Below, one piece after another: positions 27,605-38,543 of a DNA stretch of 64,000 bases. Under the pieces are notes generated by a model. It was not told the DNA's origin, searched no databases, and saw nothing but the letters and a program-made list of their open reading frames with translations. Each line of letters starts with the position of its first letter. The first letter of the stretch is position 1. Origin of the DNA: Ruminococcus sp. (GTDB taxonomy: Bacteria > Bacillota > Clostridia > Oscillospirales > Acutalibacteraceae); NCBI GenBank assembly GCA_004555265.1, contig SFIQ01000017.1, positions 11,431 to 75,430 of the forward strand, written 5' to 3'. The translations under genes and the position numbers were made by a program.

Positions 27605-28108
27605 ATGGCTACAAAAATCGACGCATCTACCCTTGAACTCGAAGAAAGAGTCGTTGCGATTAACCGTGTTTCCAAAACCGTTAAGGGCGGCCGTATCATG
27701 AAATTCTCCGCTTTGGTAGTTGTAGGCAACGGAAACGGCATTGTGGGCTTCGGTCTCGGCAAATCGGGCGAAGTGCCGGATGCAATCCGCAAGGGCATTG
27801 AAAACGCGAAAAAGAACCTGATTGAGGTTTCCCTGAAAGGGACCACAATCCCCCACGAAATTGTCGGCAAATACGGCGCAGGCGTGGTTTTGATGAAACC
27901 CGCTGCCCCCGGTACCGGCGTTATCGCCGGCGGTCCGGTTCGTGCAGTTGTTGAAACCGTCGGCATTAAGGACATCCGTTCCAAGGCGCTTCGTTCCAAC
28001 AACCCCTGCAATGTTGTGAGAGCCACCATCGACGGGCTTTCCAAGCTTCGCAACGCGGACGAGGTTGCTGCAATTCGCGGCAAATCCGTCAAAGAGATTT
28101 TAGATTAA
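27605..28108 (+). CDS. rpsE: 30S ribosomal protein S5
   Basis: The second ATG (27605) lies 8 nt after GGAG. The ORF-track ATG at 27599 is only 2 nt from the SD. Confidence 0.95.
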   Translation: MATKIDASTLELEERVVAINRVSKTVKGGRIMKFSALVVVGNGNGIVGFGLGKSGEVPDAIRKGIENAKKNLIEVSLKGTTIPHEIVGKYGAGVVLMKPAAPGTGVIAGGPVRAVVETVGIKDIRSKALRSNNPCNVVRATIDGLSKLRNADEVAAIRGKSVKEILD

Positions 28109-28120
28109 GGAGGGGCACAA

Positions 28121-28300
28121 ATGGCAAACGTAGTAGTTACACTGAAAAAGAGCCTTATCGGCAGCAAAAAAGATCAGATTGCCACCGCCCATGCACTTGG
28201 TCTTAAGAAAATCGGGGACAAGGCTACCCAGCCCGACAACCCGCAAACGCAAGGTAAGATTAAGAAGATTGCTCATCTTATCGAGGTAACGAAAGCTTAA
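28121..28300 (+). CDS. rpmD: 50S ribosomal protein L30
   Basis: 59 aa, below the ORF-track cutoff: [32 protein letters not shown].. AGGAGG RBS. Confidence 0.9.
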   Translation: MANVVVTLKKSLIGSKKDQIATAHALGLKKIGDKATQPDNPQTQGKIKKIAHLIEVTKA

Positions 28301-28312
28301 GGAGGTGCGAAT

Positions 28313-28756
28313 ATGAAATTGCACGAACTGTCTCCCGCGGAAGGCTCCAAAAAGAGCGTAAAGCGCATCGGCAGAGGCGCCGGCTCCGGTCAGGGCAAAA
28401 CCGCAGGCAAAGGGCATAAAGGTCAAAAGGCACGCGCAGGCAGAGGCATGCGCCCCGGCTTTGAAGGCGGTCAGATGCCGTTGCAAAGACGTATCCCCAA
28501 GAGAGGGTTTAACAACATTTTCGCGAAGGAAATCGCCGCAGTGAATGTTTCCGCTCTTGACAAGGCGTTTGAAGACGGCGCAACCGTTACGGTTGACGCG
28601 CTTATCGAAAAAGGGCTTATTAAAAAGGCGCTGGATGGCGTAAAAGTATTAGGCAATGGCGAAATCAGCAAAAAGCTTACTGTGCAGGTTAATAGCTTTT
28701 CCGATTCGGCAAAGCAGAAAATCGAAGCAGCCGGCGGAAAGGCTGAGGTGATTTGA
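28313..28756 (+). CDS. rplO: 50S ribosomal protein L15
   Basis: 147 aa, [14 protein letters not shown].. Confidence 0.97.
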   Translation: MKLHELSPAEGSKKSVKRIGRGAGSGQGKTAGKGHKGQKARAGRGMRPGFEGGQMPLQRRIPKRGFNNIFAKEIAAVNVSALDKAFEDGATVTVDALIEKGLIKKALDGVKVLGNGEISKKLTVQVNSFSDSAKQKIEAAGGKAEVI

Positions 28757-28758
28757 TA

Positions 28759-30075
28759 ATGTTTCAAACATTTATCAACGCTTGGAAAATCGCCGATTTG
28801 CGCAAAAAGCTGCTGTATACGGCTTTGATCGTATTGATTTTCCGTATCGGTGCCGCGCTTCCCGTTCCGTTTGTGGACATTGCGGAAGGTTTGATTACCG
28901 ATGCAAACGCCAACAACTTTATGACATATCTCAGCATGATGACCGGTGATGCGTTTAACTACGGTACGCTGTTCGCAATGTCGATTACCCCGTACATCAA
29001 TGCATCCATTATCATTCAGCTGTTGACTGTCGCAATTCCGCCGCTGGAAAAGCTGGCGAAAGAGGGCGAAGAGGGCAGAAAGAAAATTTCGGCTATCACC
29101 CGCTACACGGCAATTGGTTTGGCGGCACTGCAAAGCACGGCATATTACTTCTATATCCGTGCACAGGGCTATCTCACCGTAGCCGCCACCGGTGCAAAAT
29201 ACACCGGCTTCTGGGCAGTGTTCCAGGCATTGGTCATTATTCTTTGCTATACCGCGGGTGCCGCACTGTTGATGTGGCTCGGCGAGCAGATTAATGACAA
29301 GGGCATCGGCAACGGCATTTCGATTATCTTGTTTGCCGGTATCGTTTCCCGTATGCCCACCACGCTGTATTCGCTTTACACCTATATGGATAAGGGCGGT
29401 GCGTATTTCGCGCTCATCCCGATTGCATTCATCAGCATGATTTTGATGATTGCCTACATCGTTTGGATGGACAATGCCGAGCGCCGCATTCCCGTGCAGT
29501 ATGCAAAGCGCGTGGTCGGCCGCAAAATGTACGGCGGGCAGAATACCCACATTCCGATTAAGGTCAATATGTGCGGCGTTCTTCCCATCATCTTTGCGTC
29601 CTCCATTCTTTCCTTACCGCCGACCATTCAAATGTTTGTCACGGTAAAAGAGGGTGGCTTCTGGGAAGGCTTCTTCAAAATTTTCCAGACGGACCATTGG
29701 GCATACGCCTTGATGTATTTTGTACTGATTATCTTCTTTGCCTATTTCTATGCGGCAATTCAGTACAATCCCATTGAAATGGCAAACAACATCCGCAGAA
29801 ACAGCGGTGCGATTCCGGGTATCCGTCCCGGCAAGCCCACTTCTGACTATATCACAAAGATTTTGTCAAGAATAACATTGCTTGGTGCATTGCTGATTTC
29901 GGTTGTCGCGCTGTTCCCGATTCTGTTCTCGCAGATTACCGCGCTGTTTGACAAGCAGGTCAATCTGTCCTTGGGCGGCACCTCGATCATCATTATGGTT
30001 GGTGTTGCGCTCGAAACCGTGAAACAGCTCGAAAGCCAGATGATGATGCGTCATTACAAGGGCTTCTTAGATTAA
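28759..30075 (+). CDS. secY: Preprotein translocase subunit SecY
   Basis: About 438 aa with multiple TM segments and canonical SecY motifs. The start could also be the TTG at 28753. Confidence 0.96.
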   Translation: MFQTFINAWKIADLRKKLLYTALIVLIFRIGAALPVPFVDIAEGLITDANANNFMTYLSMMTGDAFNYGTLFAMSITPYINASIIIQLLTVAIPPLEKLAKEGEEGRKKISAITRYTAIGLAALQSTAYYFYIRAQGYLTVAATGAKYTGFWAVFQALVIILCYTAGAALLMWLGEQINDKGIGNGISIILFAGIVSRMPTTLYSLYTYMDKGGAYFALIPIAFISMILMIAYIVWMDNAERRIPVQYAKRVVGRKMYGGQNTHIPIKVNMCGVLPIIFASSILSLPPTIQMFVTVKEGGFWEGFFKIFQTDHWAYALMYFVLIIFFAYFYAAIQYNPIEMANNIRRNSGAIPGIRPGKPTSDYITKILSRITLLGALLISVVALFPILFSQITALFDKQVNLSLGGTSIIIMVGVALETVKQLESQMMMRHYKGFLD

Positions 30076-30093
30076 GCAAAAGGAGGAACCTTT

Positions 30094-30726
30094 ATGAACC
30101 TGATTTTACTCGGCGCGCCGGGCGCGGGCAAAGGCACACAGGCTGAAAAAATCTGTGAAAAGCTCTCTATCCCCGCAATCTCGACGGGCAATATGCTCCG
30201 CGAAGCTATGGCAAACGGAACCGAAATGGGGCTTAAAGCGAAATCCTTTATTGATGCCGGCAAACTCGTCCCCGACGAGGTTGTCATCGGCATCATCGAC
30301 GAGAGACTGAAACAGGATGACTGCAAAAACGGCTTCATCCTTGACGGTTTCCCGCGGACCATTCCGCAGGCGGAGGCGCTCGATGAAATGGGCGTTCGCA
30401 TTGATAAGGTCATCGACATTGAAGTGCCGGACGAAAAAATCGCTTCGAGACTTTCGGGCAGACGCGTTTGCCTGAAATGCGGCGCGACCTATCACACCGA
30501 GTTTAAAAAGCCGAAAACAGAGGGTATCTGTGACGCTTGCGGCGATACACTCGTCCAAAGAAAGGACGATATGCCCGAAACCGTGCTCGACCGCTTAAAG
30601 ACCTATCATGAGCAGACCGAGCCGTTGAAGGGCTACTACGAGAAGAAGGGCATTCTTCGCGTGGTGGAAGGGCAGGAGGAGGTTGCCGATACAACCGCCC
30701 TGACCTTCAAAGCATTGGAGGATTAA
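30094..30726 (+). CDS. adk: Adenylate kinase (zinc-lid type)
   Basis: GAPGAGKGTQ P-loop and a CLKCG..CDACG lid. Confidence 0.97.
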   Translation: MNLILLGAPGAGKGTQAEKICEKLSIPAISTGNMLREAMANGTEMGLKAKSFIDAGKLVPDEVVIGIIDERLKQDDCKNGFILDGFPRTIPQAEALDEMGVRIDKVIDIEVPDEKIASRLSGRRVCLKCGATYHTEFKKPKTEGICDACGDTLVQRKDDMPETVLDRLKTYHEQTEPLKGYYEKKGILRVVEGQEEVADTTALTFKALED

Positions 30727-30728
30727 GC

Positions 30729-31481
30729 ATGATAGTGCTGAAAACCGCCCGAGAAATCGAGCTTATCAGAAAGGCTTGTATCATTTCGGCGGAGGCATTA
30801 CAGTTGGCAGGGGAAGCTGTCAAGCCGGGTGTCACCACCTATGAAATTGACAAAATCGCGTACGATTACATCAAGAAGCAAGGCGCAGAGCCGAACTTCC
30901 TGCATTTGTACGGTTTCCCTGCCACGGCATGCATTTCCATAAATGACGAGGTCATTCACGGAATTCCGAGCAAAAAGCGTGTCATCAAAGAAGGCGACAT
31001 CGTCAGCATTGACCTTGGCGCCAAGGTGGACGGTTATAACGGCGACAATGCTGCTACTTTCGCCGCAGGGAAAATTTCCGACGCGGCGAAGCGGCTGTGC
31101 GACACGACCGAGGAGAGCCTGTATAAAGGCATCGAACAGGCGGTCGCAGGCGGCAGAATCGGCGACATAGCCTCTGCGGTGCAAACGCATTGCGAGGAAC
31201 GCGGCTACGGCGTTGTGCGCGAATACACAGGGCACGGCGTCGGTGCCAAACTCCACGAAGACCCCAGCGTACCGAATTTCGGCACACCGGGACGCGGTGT
31301 GCGCCTGTTGCCGGGTATGGTGATTGCGATTGAGCCCATGATTACCGAGGGCGACAAAGCAATCCGTCAAATGCCCGACGGTTGGACTGTAAAAACCCGT
31401 GACGGGAAGCTCGCAGCGCATTTTGAGCATACGGTTGCGATTACTGCAAACGGTCCGCAAATTCTGACAAAAATCAGATAA
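30729..31481 (+). CDS. map: Type I methionine aminopeptidase
   Basis: 250 aa. Conserved position after adk. Confidence 0.95.
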   Translation: MIVLKTAREIELIRKACIISAEALQLAGEAVKPGVTTYEIDKIAYDYIKKQGAEPNFLHLYGFPATACISINDEVIHGIPSKKRVIKEGDIVSIDLGAKVDGYNGDNAATFAAGKISDAAKRLCDTTEESLYKGIEQAVAGGRIGDIASAVQTHCEERGYGVVREYTGHGVGAKLHEDPSVPNFGTPGRGVRLLPGMVIAIEPMITEGDKAIRQMPDGWTVKTRDGKLAAHFEHTVAITANGPQILTKIR

Positions 31482-31493
31482 GGGCGGTTTTGT

Positions 31494-31736
31494 ATGGAAT
31501 GGGCAATCGGTACGGTTGTGTACGCCTTGTGCGGACGCGACTGCGGCAAAGCAATGTGCGTGGTCGGCAAAAGCGAAACGCGCGTGTTCGTCTGCGACGG
31601 GAAAGAGCGGAAGCTTTCAAAGCCCAAGCCCAAAAACCCGAAGCACATCAGAAAAACCGAGCACACGCTCACAGAAGCGCAAATGCGGTCTGACCGGGCA
31701 ATCAAACAAGCGTTAAAGTCTTTTTCGGAGGTTTGA
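31494..31736 (+). CDS. Small KOW-domain-like protein between map and infA
   Basis: 80 aa, [23 protein letters not shown].. This position is commonly occupied by such a protein in Clostridia (from memory). Confidence 0.5.
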   Translation: MEWAIGTVVYALCGRDCGKAMCVVGKSETRVFVCDGKERKLSKPKPKNPKHIRKTEHTLTEAQMRSDRAIKQALKSFSEV

Positions 31737-31740
31737 GTTT

Positions 31741-31959
31741 ATGTCAAAGCAGGATATGATAGAAATTGAAGGTACGGTCGTTGAGGCGCTGCCGAACGCA
31801 CAGTTTCAGGTGGAGCTTGAAAACGGTCACCAAATTTTAGCCCATATTTCCGGTAAGCTGCGTATGAATTTCATCCGCATTCTGCCGGGCGACAAAGTGA
31901 CGGTCGAAATGTCGCCATATGACCTCACGCGCGGGCGCATAACATGGCGAACCAAATAA
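31741..31959 (+). CDS. infA: Translation initiation factor IF-1
   Basis: 72 aa, [30 protein letters not shown]. Confidence 0.97.
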   Translation: MSKQDMIEIEGTVVEALPNAQFQVELENGHQILAHISGKLRMNFIRILPGDKVTVEMSPYDLTRGRITWRTK

Positions 31960-32003
31960 GCAACAGGTTTAGTTCTTGATTTTTAAGAAGGAGGTATTCC
32001 CAT

Positions 32004-32117
32004 ATGAAAGTCAGACCTTCTGTCAAAAAAATTTGCGAAAAGTGCAAAATTATTAAACGCAAGGGCAAAGTGATGGTCATTTGCGAAAATCCGAAGCACA
32101 AACAACGCCAGGGCTGA
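32004..32117 (+). CDS. rpmJ: 50S ribosomal protein L36
   Basis: 37 aa, below the ORF-track cutoff: [37 protein letters not shown]. Confidence 0.93.
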   Translation: MKVRPSVKKICEKCKIIKRKGKVMVICENPKHKQRQG

Positions 32118-32234
32118 TCTCCCTGCCGCGCGCTCGAATATCGTTGTTAAAGATCTAAACAACGATATTGCGCTTTCGCAAACGGAAATTTCAATGGTAA
32201 AATTTACCGCATCATAATGGAGGTGCAAAGTTAA

Positions 32235-32603
32235 ATGGCACGTATTTCAGGTGTTGATTTACCGAGAGACAAGAGAGTCGAAATCGGCCTCACATACATC
32301 TACGGTATCGGCAGAAAAACGGCAAGCGACATTATTGCCGCAACCGGTGTAAATCCCGACACGCGTGTAAAGGATTTGACCGAAGAAGATGTAGCAAAAC
32401 TTCGTGAATACATTGAGCACAACGTTAAGGTTGAGGGTGACCTTCGCCGCGACGTCGCGTTCGACATTAAGCGCTTGATTGAAATCGGCAGCTATCGCGG
32501 AACCCGTCACAGAAAGGGTCTTCCCGTTCGCGGCCAGACTTCAAAGAACAACGCGCGTACCCGTAAAGGTCCGAAGAAGACCATCGCAAATAAGAAGAAA
32601 TAA
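32235..32603 (+). CDS. rpsM: 30S ribosomal protein S13
   Basis: 122 aa, [10 protein letters not shown]. Confidence 0.97.
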   Translation: MARISGVDLPRDKRVEIGLTYIYGIGRKTASDIIAATGVNPDTRVKDLTEEDVAKLREYIEHNVKVEGDLRRDVAFDIKRLIEIGSYRGTRHRKGLPVRGQTSKNNARTRKGPKKTIANKKK

Positions 32604-32618
32604 GGGAGGGTGTATTCA

Positions 32619-33017
32619 ATGGCTACCGCAAAAAAAGGCACGGCGACACGCCGTCGCCGTGAACGCAAAAATATCGAAAAAGGTGCAGCACATATTCAAT
32701 CCACCTTCAACAACACCATTGTCACGATTACCGATGTGCAGGGCAATGCCGTTTCGTGGGCGTCTGCCGGCGAAATGGGTTTCAGAGGCTCTAAAAAGTC
32801 TACGCCGTTCGCAGCGCAGACCGCCGCGGAAACCGCAGCGAAAATTGCAATCGACCACGGTATGAAAACGGTGGAAGTTTATGTCAAGGGCCCGGGTTCG
32901 GGGCGTGAAGCCGCAATCCGTGCGTTGCAGACCGCCGGTTTGGATGTAACGATGATTAAAGATGTTACCCCCATTCCCCACAACGGCTGCCGCCCGCCCA
33001 AGAGAAGAAGAGTGTAA
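32619..33017 (+). CDS. rpsK: 30S ribosomal protein S11
   Basis: ATG at 32619 lies 9 nt after GGGAGG. MATAKKG.. Confidence 0.96.
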   Translation: MATAKKGTATRRRRERKNIEKGAAHIQSTFNNTIVTITDVQGNAVSWASAGEMGFRGSKKSTPFAAQTAAETAAKIAIDHGMKTVEVYVKGPGSGREAAIRALQTAGLDVTMIKDVTPIPHNGCRPPKRRRV

Positions 33018-33036
33018 GTTTTTGGAGGTGTAATTT

Positions 33037-33663
33037 ATGGCAAGATATACAGGTGCGGTTTGCAAGCTTTGCCGCCGTGAAGGCAAAAAGCTCTTTTTGA
33101 AGGGCGACCGTTGCTACACCGGCAAATGCGCATTTGAACGCCGCAGCTATGCGCCGGGCCAACACGGCCAGGGCCGCAAAAAGACTTCCGAATACGGGTT
33201 GCAGCTTCGTGCGAAGCAGCAGGCTCGCCGTTATTACGGGATTCAGGAAGGGCAGTTCCACAAGTATTTCCTGATGGCTGAACGCAAACAGGGTATGACC
33301 GGTGAAAACCTGCTTCGCATTTGCGAAAGCAGACTCGATAATGTCGCTTACCTTCTGGGCTGGGCTTCGTCCCGCGCAGAAGCAAGACAGCTCACCACCC
33401 ACGGGCACTATCTCGTCAACGGCAAAAAGGTAGACATTCCGTCCTATCTGCTCAAAGCCGGCGATGTGGTTTCGATTCGTGAAAAGAGCCGCGACAGCGA
33501 AAAAATCAAAGCCGTGCTCGAAGCAAACGCTTCCCGTCCCGTGCCGGAATGGCTCGATAAAAACGGCGACGATTTGACCGCAAAAATTGTCAAACTGCCC
33601 GACAGAGAGCAGATTGAAGTTCCTGTTGAAGAACATCTTATCGTTGAGTTCTATTCTAAATAA
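33037..33663 (+). CDS. rpsD: 30S ribosomal protein S4
   Basis: 208 aa, [16 protein letters not shown]. Confidence 0.97.
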   Translation: MARYTGAVCKLCRREGKKLFLKGDRCYTGKCAFERRSYAPGQHGQGRKKTSEYGLQLRAKQQARRYYGIQEGQFHKYFLMAERKQGMTGENLLRICESRLDNVAYLLGWASSRAEARQLTTHGHYLVNGKKVDIPSYLLKAGDVVSIREKSRDSEKIKAVLEANASRPVPEWLDKNGDDLTAKIVKLPDREQIEVPVEEHLIVEFYSK

Positions 33664-33762
33664 TCGCATCGGTGATTTTCAATCGAATTCTCGATTTATA
33701 CAGGTACGAATATATGTTTTATTTCGGGCGTTTGCCCGAATCCCACGATAGGAGGGTTTTGA

Positions 33763-34713
33763 ATGATAGGAATTGATAAGCCCAGCATTGAAGCACTCGA
33801 TTTGTCCGCGGACGGCACTTACGGTAAATTCACCATGGAACCGCTGGAAAGAGGCTACGGCACCACGCTCGGCAACTCCCTGCGCCGCGTGCTTTTGTCC
33901 TCTTTGCCGGGGTATGCCATTACTTCGGTGAAAATTGACGGCGTACTCCACGAATTCTCCACCGTTCCCGGTGTAAAAGAAGATGTGACCGAAATCGTTC
34001 TGAATTTGAAAGGGGTTATCCTCAAAATTCAGGGCGACGGTCCGAAAACGCTGTATGTGGAAGCCAGCGGCAAATGCGAGGTCACGGCAGGCGACATCAA
34101 AACAGATTCCGAGGTTGAAATTCTCAATCCCGACCATTTGATTGCAACGCTTTCCGAGGGTGCAACGCTCAATATGGAGCTGACCGCCGACAGAGGCCGC
34201 GGCTATGTTTCGGCGGAGCGCAACAAGCAGATGATGCAGCCCGTTATCGGCGTGATTGCAATTGACTCTATCTACACCCCTGTGTTGAAGGTGAATTATA
34301 CGGTCGAAAATACCCGTGTAGGGCAGATTACCGACTTCGACAAATTAACGCTCGAAGCTTGGACGAACGGCACCATTTCCGCTAAGGAAGCGGTTTCGCT
34401 CGGCGCCAAGATTCTCACTGAACACCTCAACCTCTTTGTTGACCTCTCCGACGAGGCGGGCAACACCGAGGTGATGGTCGTGAAAGACGACGACGGCAAA
34501 GAAAAAGCACTCGAGATGACCATTGAGGAGCTTGACCTGTCCGTGCGTTCCTTCAACTGCCTGAAACGCGCAGGCATCAACACGGTGGAAGATTTAATCA
34601 GCAAATCAGAGGAAGATATGATGAAGGTGCGCAACCTTGGCAGAAAATCGCTTGAAGAAGTGATTGCCAAGCTTGAGTCCCTGAACTTCACTCTCCGCAA
34701 AGAAGACGAATAA
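33763..34713 (+). CDS. rpoA: DNA-directed RNA polymerase subunit alpha
   Basis: 316 aa. The C-terminal domain has [17 protein letters not shown]. Confidence 0.97.
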   Translation: MIGIDKPSIEALDLSADGTYGKFTMEPLERGYGTTLGNSLRRVLLSSLPGYAITSVKIDGVLHEFSTVPGVKEDVTEIVLNLKGVILKIQGDGPKTLYVEASGKCEVTAGDIKTDSEVEILNPDHLIATLSEGATLNMELTADRGRGYVSAERNKQMMQPVIGVIAIDSIYTPVLKVNYTVENTRVGQITDFDKLTLEAWTNGTISAKEAVSLGAKILTEHLNLFVDLSDEAGNTEVMVVKDDDGKEKALEMTIEELDLSVRSFNCLKRAGINTVEDLISKSEEDMMKVRNLGRKSLEEVIAKLESLNFTLRKEDE

Positions 34714-34728
34714 GAAGGAGTGATTTAG

Positions 34729-35088
34729 ATGCCCGGAACCAGAAAACTCGGCAGAACTACGGATCACCGTAAAGCAATGCTCAGAGGTATGGTTACTTAT
34801 CTGTTGGAAAACGGCAAGGTGGAAACCACCGTTACCAGAGCGAAGGAAGTTCGCTCCATGGCAGAAAAGATGATTACCATCGCTAAGGACAACACCCTGC
34901 ACGCAAAGCGTCAGGTGTTCGCATATGTCACGAAAGATGATGTTGTGAAGAAACTGTTCGACGAAATCGCGCCCAAATATGCAGGCGTGAACGGCGGTTA
35001 CACTCGCATCATCAAAACCGGCACTCGCCGCGGTGATGCCGCAGAAATGTGCATCATTGAATTGGTCGAGCCGAAGAAAGCGGAATAA
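34729..35088 (+). CDS. rplQ: 50S ribosomal protein L17
   Basis: 119 aa. Last gene of the alpha cluster. Confidence 0.96.
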   Translation: MPGTRKLGRTTDHRKAMLRGMVTYLLENGKVETTVTRAKEVRSMAEKMITIAKDNTLHAKRQVFAYVTKDDVVKKLFDEIAPKYAGVNGGYTRIIKTGTRRGDAAEMCIIELVEPKKAE

Positions 35089-35109
35089 TCTTCGCAAAAA
35101 AACAGCAAC

Positions 35110-35141
35110 CCGCGCAAGGATTTTCTTGCGCGGTTTTTTTT
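35110..35141 (+). terminator. Intrinsic terminator after rplQ (A-run / stem / T-run, possibly bidirectional)
   Basis: A 9-bp stem (CCGCGCAAG/CTTGCGCGG) followed by 8 T. Confidence 0.85.
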
Positions 35142-35157
35142 GCTTGCAATTCAAAAT

Positions 35158-35184
35158 CGGCGCCTTGCAAAAAGCAAGGCGCCG
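35158..35184 (-). terminator. Hairpin downstream of the minus-strand zinc-ribbon gene
   Basis: An 11-bp stem (CGGCGCCTTGC/GCAAGGCGCCG). The minus-strand T-run is weak. Confidence 0.5.
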
Positions 35185-35208
35185 AAAGCGTGCAGTTTTC
35201 AAAATTAC

Positions 35209-35697
35209 TTAATAGTAGTAGCCGGAATCCATTGTGGCTATGCCGAGAAAGAATAAGAAAAATACACAAATGTACAACAAAACAAGGCTTACAATGCTGA
35301 TAATACCGAGCACTTTTGCAGTTTTGTTTTTGCTGATTGCCTCTGCATAATTTCCTTTGTTGAAATCTGATTGTGCCAAAGCACCGAAAATTGTACCAAT
35401 GATACTGAACAGATTTGTAAACCCACTGAGCACCAGGAATACAATGTTGACAATCAGCCAAGTCAAAGCCGGTTTTTCCGGCGGAACACCATAGGGCTGC
35501 TGCGGCGGGTAGCCATAGGGCGGCTGTTGCGGCGCATAGCCGTAAGGCTGCTGCGGTGCGCCGTAAGGTGCCTGTTGTTGGTTGTCATACGGATTGACGG
35601 GTGGTGTTTGCGGCTGTGCCGCTTGTACGGGTGCGTTGCAGTTCGGGCAGAAAAGCGCCCCGTCTGCTAAGGCCTGCCCACAGTTTTTACAGAACAT
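35209..35697 (-). CDS. Zinc-ribbon, Pro/Gln-rich, C-terminally membrane-embedded protein of unknown function
   Basis: 162 aa. CKNCG..CPNC at the N-terminus, then PQQPYG repeats, then two hydrophobic segments. Confidence 0.7.
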   Translation of the reverse strand: MFCKNCGQALADGALFCPNCNAPVQAAQPQTPPVNPYDNQQQAPYGAPQQPYGYAPQQPPYGYPPQQPYGVPPEKPALTWLIVNIVFLVLSGFTNLFSIIGTIFGALAQSDFNKGNYAEAISKNKTAKVLGIISIVSLVLLYICVFFLFFLGIATMDSGYYY

Positions 35698-35798
35698 AAA
35701 ATAATCCCCCTTTATTACTTATCGACATCATAGCATACAAAACAAGAAAATACAATCTTTTTTTAAGACGCAAAACCAATGGATTTCGCCTTGTTTTC

Positions 35799-35827
35799 TT
35801 GCATTTTGCGGATTTCCCTGTTACAAT
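35799..35827 (+). promoter_or_regulatory. Putative promoter (TTGCAT-17 nt-TACAAT with an extended -10 TG)
   Basis: Located about 35 nt upstream of the aldo/keto reductase ATG. Confidence 0.5.
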
Positions 35828-35862
35828 AAAAATGAAAAAAACAGGAAGTGAGGCAGTTTACT

Positions 35863-36864
35863 ATGGCCTATCAAGCAAGTAGCAATCGGTATGATACCAT
35901 GCAATACAATCGTTGCGGGGCAAGCGGGTTGAAGCTCCCGAAGGTCTCTTTGGGGCTGTGGCACAATTTCGGCTGTACGGGCGATTTTCAAAATATGAAA
36001 GAAATGCTGTTTTGTGCCTTTGACAACGGCATTACGCATTTTGATTTGGCGAACAATTACGGCCCCGAGCCGGGCGATGCCGAACGGAACTTCGGTAAAA
36101 TTTTAGCGTCGGATTTAAAGCCCTACCGCGACGAGCTGATCATCAGCACCAAGGCGGGGTATACCATGTGGGACGGCCCTTACGGCGACTTCGGCAGTCG
36201 CAAGTACCTGCTTGCATCCTTAGACCAAAGCCTTATGCGTTTAGGGCTTGACTATGTGGATATTTTCTATCACCACCGTATGGATAAAGAAACGCCGTTG
36301 GAGGAGAGCATGGGCGCGCTTGCTACTGCTGTGCACAGCGGCAAGGCGCTGTATGCGGGGCTTTCCAACTATGATGGGGAGACCATGCAGCGCGCGGCGG
36401 CAATTTTAACCGAATTGCACTGCCCGTTTGTCATCAATCAAAACCGCTATTCGATTTTGGACCGTACCATTGAGCAAAACGGCTTGAAAGACGCGCTGAA
36501 ACCCACGGGGAAAGGGTTGATTACATTTAGCCCGCTTGCCCAAGGGCTGTTGACCAATCGGTATTTGAACGGCATTCCGCAAGACAGCCGTATCGTGACC
36601 GACGGTCGGTTTTTAAAAGCGGCGCGCTTAACACCCGCGTTGCTTTCGCAGCTGCACGCCTTAAATGCGCTTGCCGCTGAACGCGGGCAAACCTTGGCGC
36701 AAATGGCGCTTTGCTGGGTGATGAAAGACAGCGATGTGACAAGCGTTTTGGTCGGCGCGTCGCGCAAAGAGCAAATTTTAGACAACCTCGGCATTGTAAA
36801 TGCCGCGCCGCTGTCGGCAGAGGAGCTTGCCGAAATCGACCGCATTACCGCCTGCGGCGCATAA
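35863..36864 (+). CDS. Aldo/keto reductase (YghZ / Kv-beta-like)
   Basis: Start at MAYQASSNRYDTMQYNRCG. It has GITHFDLANNYG and STKAGY motifs. Confidence 0.85.
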   Translation: MAYQASSNRYDTMQYNRCGASGLKLPKVSLGLWHNFGCTGDFQNMKEMLFCAFDNGITHFDLANNYGPEPGDAERNFGKILASDLKPYRDELIISTKAGYTMWDGPYGDFGSRKYLLASLDQSLMRLGLDYVDIFYHHRMDKETPLEESMGALATAVHSGKALYAGLSNYDGETMQRAAAILTELHCPFVINQNRYSILDRTIEQNGLKDALKPTGKGLITFSPLAQGLLTNRYLNGIPQDSRIVTDGRFLKAARLTPALLSQLHALNALAAERGQTLAQMALCWVMKDSDVTSVLVGASRKEQILDNLGIVNAAPLSAEELAEIDRITACGA

Positions 36865-36947
36865 GTGCACCTTGCAGTTACACAGGGCTTGTGCTACAAT
36901 GGGCACAGAAAATCTTTGCCGTTTCCGGGCAAAAAAGGAAGAGCAAA

Positions 36948-37151
36948 ATGGATTTTGTCGCTGTATTTTCGTTCTTTTCGGAGAATGTTGAACTGACCGC
37001 ACAACAGCGCCTGGCAGAGCTTATCTGCGTAACGGTGCTGTTTGTGTTGCTTGCGGCGGCGGTCGCAGCTTTGCTCACGCGCAAAATCAAAAAATACCGC
37101 GCCGAACAGACAAAACAAACGGAGAAAACCGATGGCGATACAGAAAAATGA
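36948..37151 (+). CDS. Small single-TM protein (67 aa), hypothetical
   Basis: ATG after AAGGAAGAG. Hydrophobic core LICVTVLFVLLAAAVAALL followed by a basic tail. It overlaps the rlmD start by 20 nt. Confidence 0.35.
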   Translation: MDFVAVFSFFSENVELTAQQRLAELICVTVLFVLLAAAVAALLTRKIKKYRAEQTKQTEKTDGDTEK

Positions 37152-38487
37152 CGAAATCCAACTGCATATTGAAGCACTGACCGCCGAGGGCAGCGGTGTA
37201 GGGCATTTCGACGGTATGGCGGTGTTTGTGGCGGGCGGTGTGCCCGGCGACACCTTGCTTGTGCACATGATCAAGGCGAAAAAAACCTATGCCGTCGGCA
37301 AAATCGTTCAAATTTTAATCCCGTCCCCCGCACGGACACAGGCGGATTGCCCGCTGTTCCCGCAGTGTGGCGGCTGTGCGTACCGCTTTATGGATTACGA
37401 AACCGAACTGCGGGAAAAACAGCGCCGCGTGGAGGATGCGTTTTTACGGCTTGCACATATGCCGATGCAATGCGAAACGGTTTTAGCAGGGTGCGCCGAC
37501 CGCTACCGCAACAAGGCGCAGTATCCCGTCACACGCGAAAACGGCAGGGTGAAAATCGGCTTTTATGCGCCGCGTTCCCACCGTGTGATTGACTGTAAGG
37601 ACTGCCGTTTACAGCCTGCGGAATTTGCACAAATCGTCGCGGTATTTCGAGAGTTTTTGACAGAATTTGACATTTCCGTCTATGACGCGCAAAGCGGCAA
37701 AGGGCTTGTGCGCCATCTCTACTTGCGCAAGGGCTTTCACAGCGGCGAAATCATGGTGTGCGTGGTGGCCAACGGCACGCGATTGCCGCACAGCGATGCG
37801 CTTGTAGACCGTTTGTGCACCTTGCCTTACAAAATTACAAGTATTGTTTTGAATACCAACACCGAAAAAACCAATGTCATTTTGGGCGCGCCATGCAAAA
37901 CCCTTTGGGGCACGCCCGACATCGGCGACACGCTTTGCGGCGTCGAGGTGCGGCTGTCGCCCTTGTCCTTTTATCAGGTCAATCACGATATGGCGGAAAA
38001 ACTCTATCAAAAAGCCGCCGAATTTGCCGATTTGAAGGGCTCGGAAACCGTGCTCGATTTGTACTGCGGCGCGGGGACAATCGGACTTTCCATGGCGAAA
38101 AGCGCGAAAAAGATTTACGGCGCGGAAATCGTGCCCGAGGCGATTGAAAATGCCAAGGAGAACGCACGCCGTAATCATATAGAAAACGCAGAATTTTTCT
38201 GCGGAGACGCCGCCGACGCGGCAAAGCGGTTTCGGGAGATGGGGGTAAAGCACGATGCAGTGCTTTTAGACCCGCCGCGCAAGGGCTGTGACGAAGCGGT
38301 TTTAAAAACCGTCGCCGAAATGCGTCCCGAAAAAATCGTCTATGTTTCCTGCGACCCCGCCACGCTCGCGCGCGACGCGGCAAGACTTTCTTCGTTCGGT
38401 TATATGCCCACCCGCCTCGCCGCCGCGGATTTGTTCCCGCGAACGGTGCATGTGGAAAGCGTGTGTTTGTTTTTGAAAGAAAAATAA
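37132..38487 (+). CDS. rlmD: 23S rRNA (uracil-5-)-methyltransferase RlmD/RumA family
   Basis: TRAM-like N-terminus, an Fe-S Cys cluster (CPLFPQCGGCAY), SAM motifs VLDLYCGAGTIG and DPPRKG, and YVSCDPATLARD. Confidence 0.85.
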   Translation: MAIQKNDEIQLHIEALTAEGSGVGHFDGMAVFVAGGVPGDTLLVHMIKAKKTYAVGKIVQILIPSPARTQADCPLFPQCGGCAYRFMDYETELREKQRRVEDAFLRLAHMPMQCETVLAGCADRYRNKAQYPVTRENGRVKIGFYAPRSHRVIDCKDCRLQPAEFAQIVAVFREFLTEFDISVYDAQSGKGLVRHLYLRKGFHSGEIMVCVVANGTRLPHSDALVDRLCTLPYKITSIVLNTNTEKTNVILGAPCKTLWGTPDIGDTLCGVEVRLSPLSFYQVNHDMAEKLYQKAAEFADLKGSETVLDLYCGAGTIGLSMAKSAKKIYGAEIVPEAIENAKENARRNHIENAEFFCGDAADAAKRFREMGVKHDAVLLDPPRKGCDEAVLKTVAEMRPEKIVYVSCDPATLARDAARLSSFGYMPTRLAAADLFPRTVHVESVCLFLKEK

Positions 38488-38543
38488 ACAATATACGCGT
38501 TTTTTGAAACACAATGTTTCTCGAAGAAGGATAAATTTTAATT

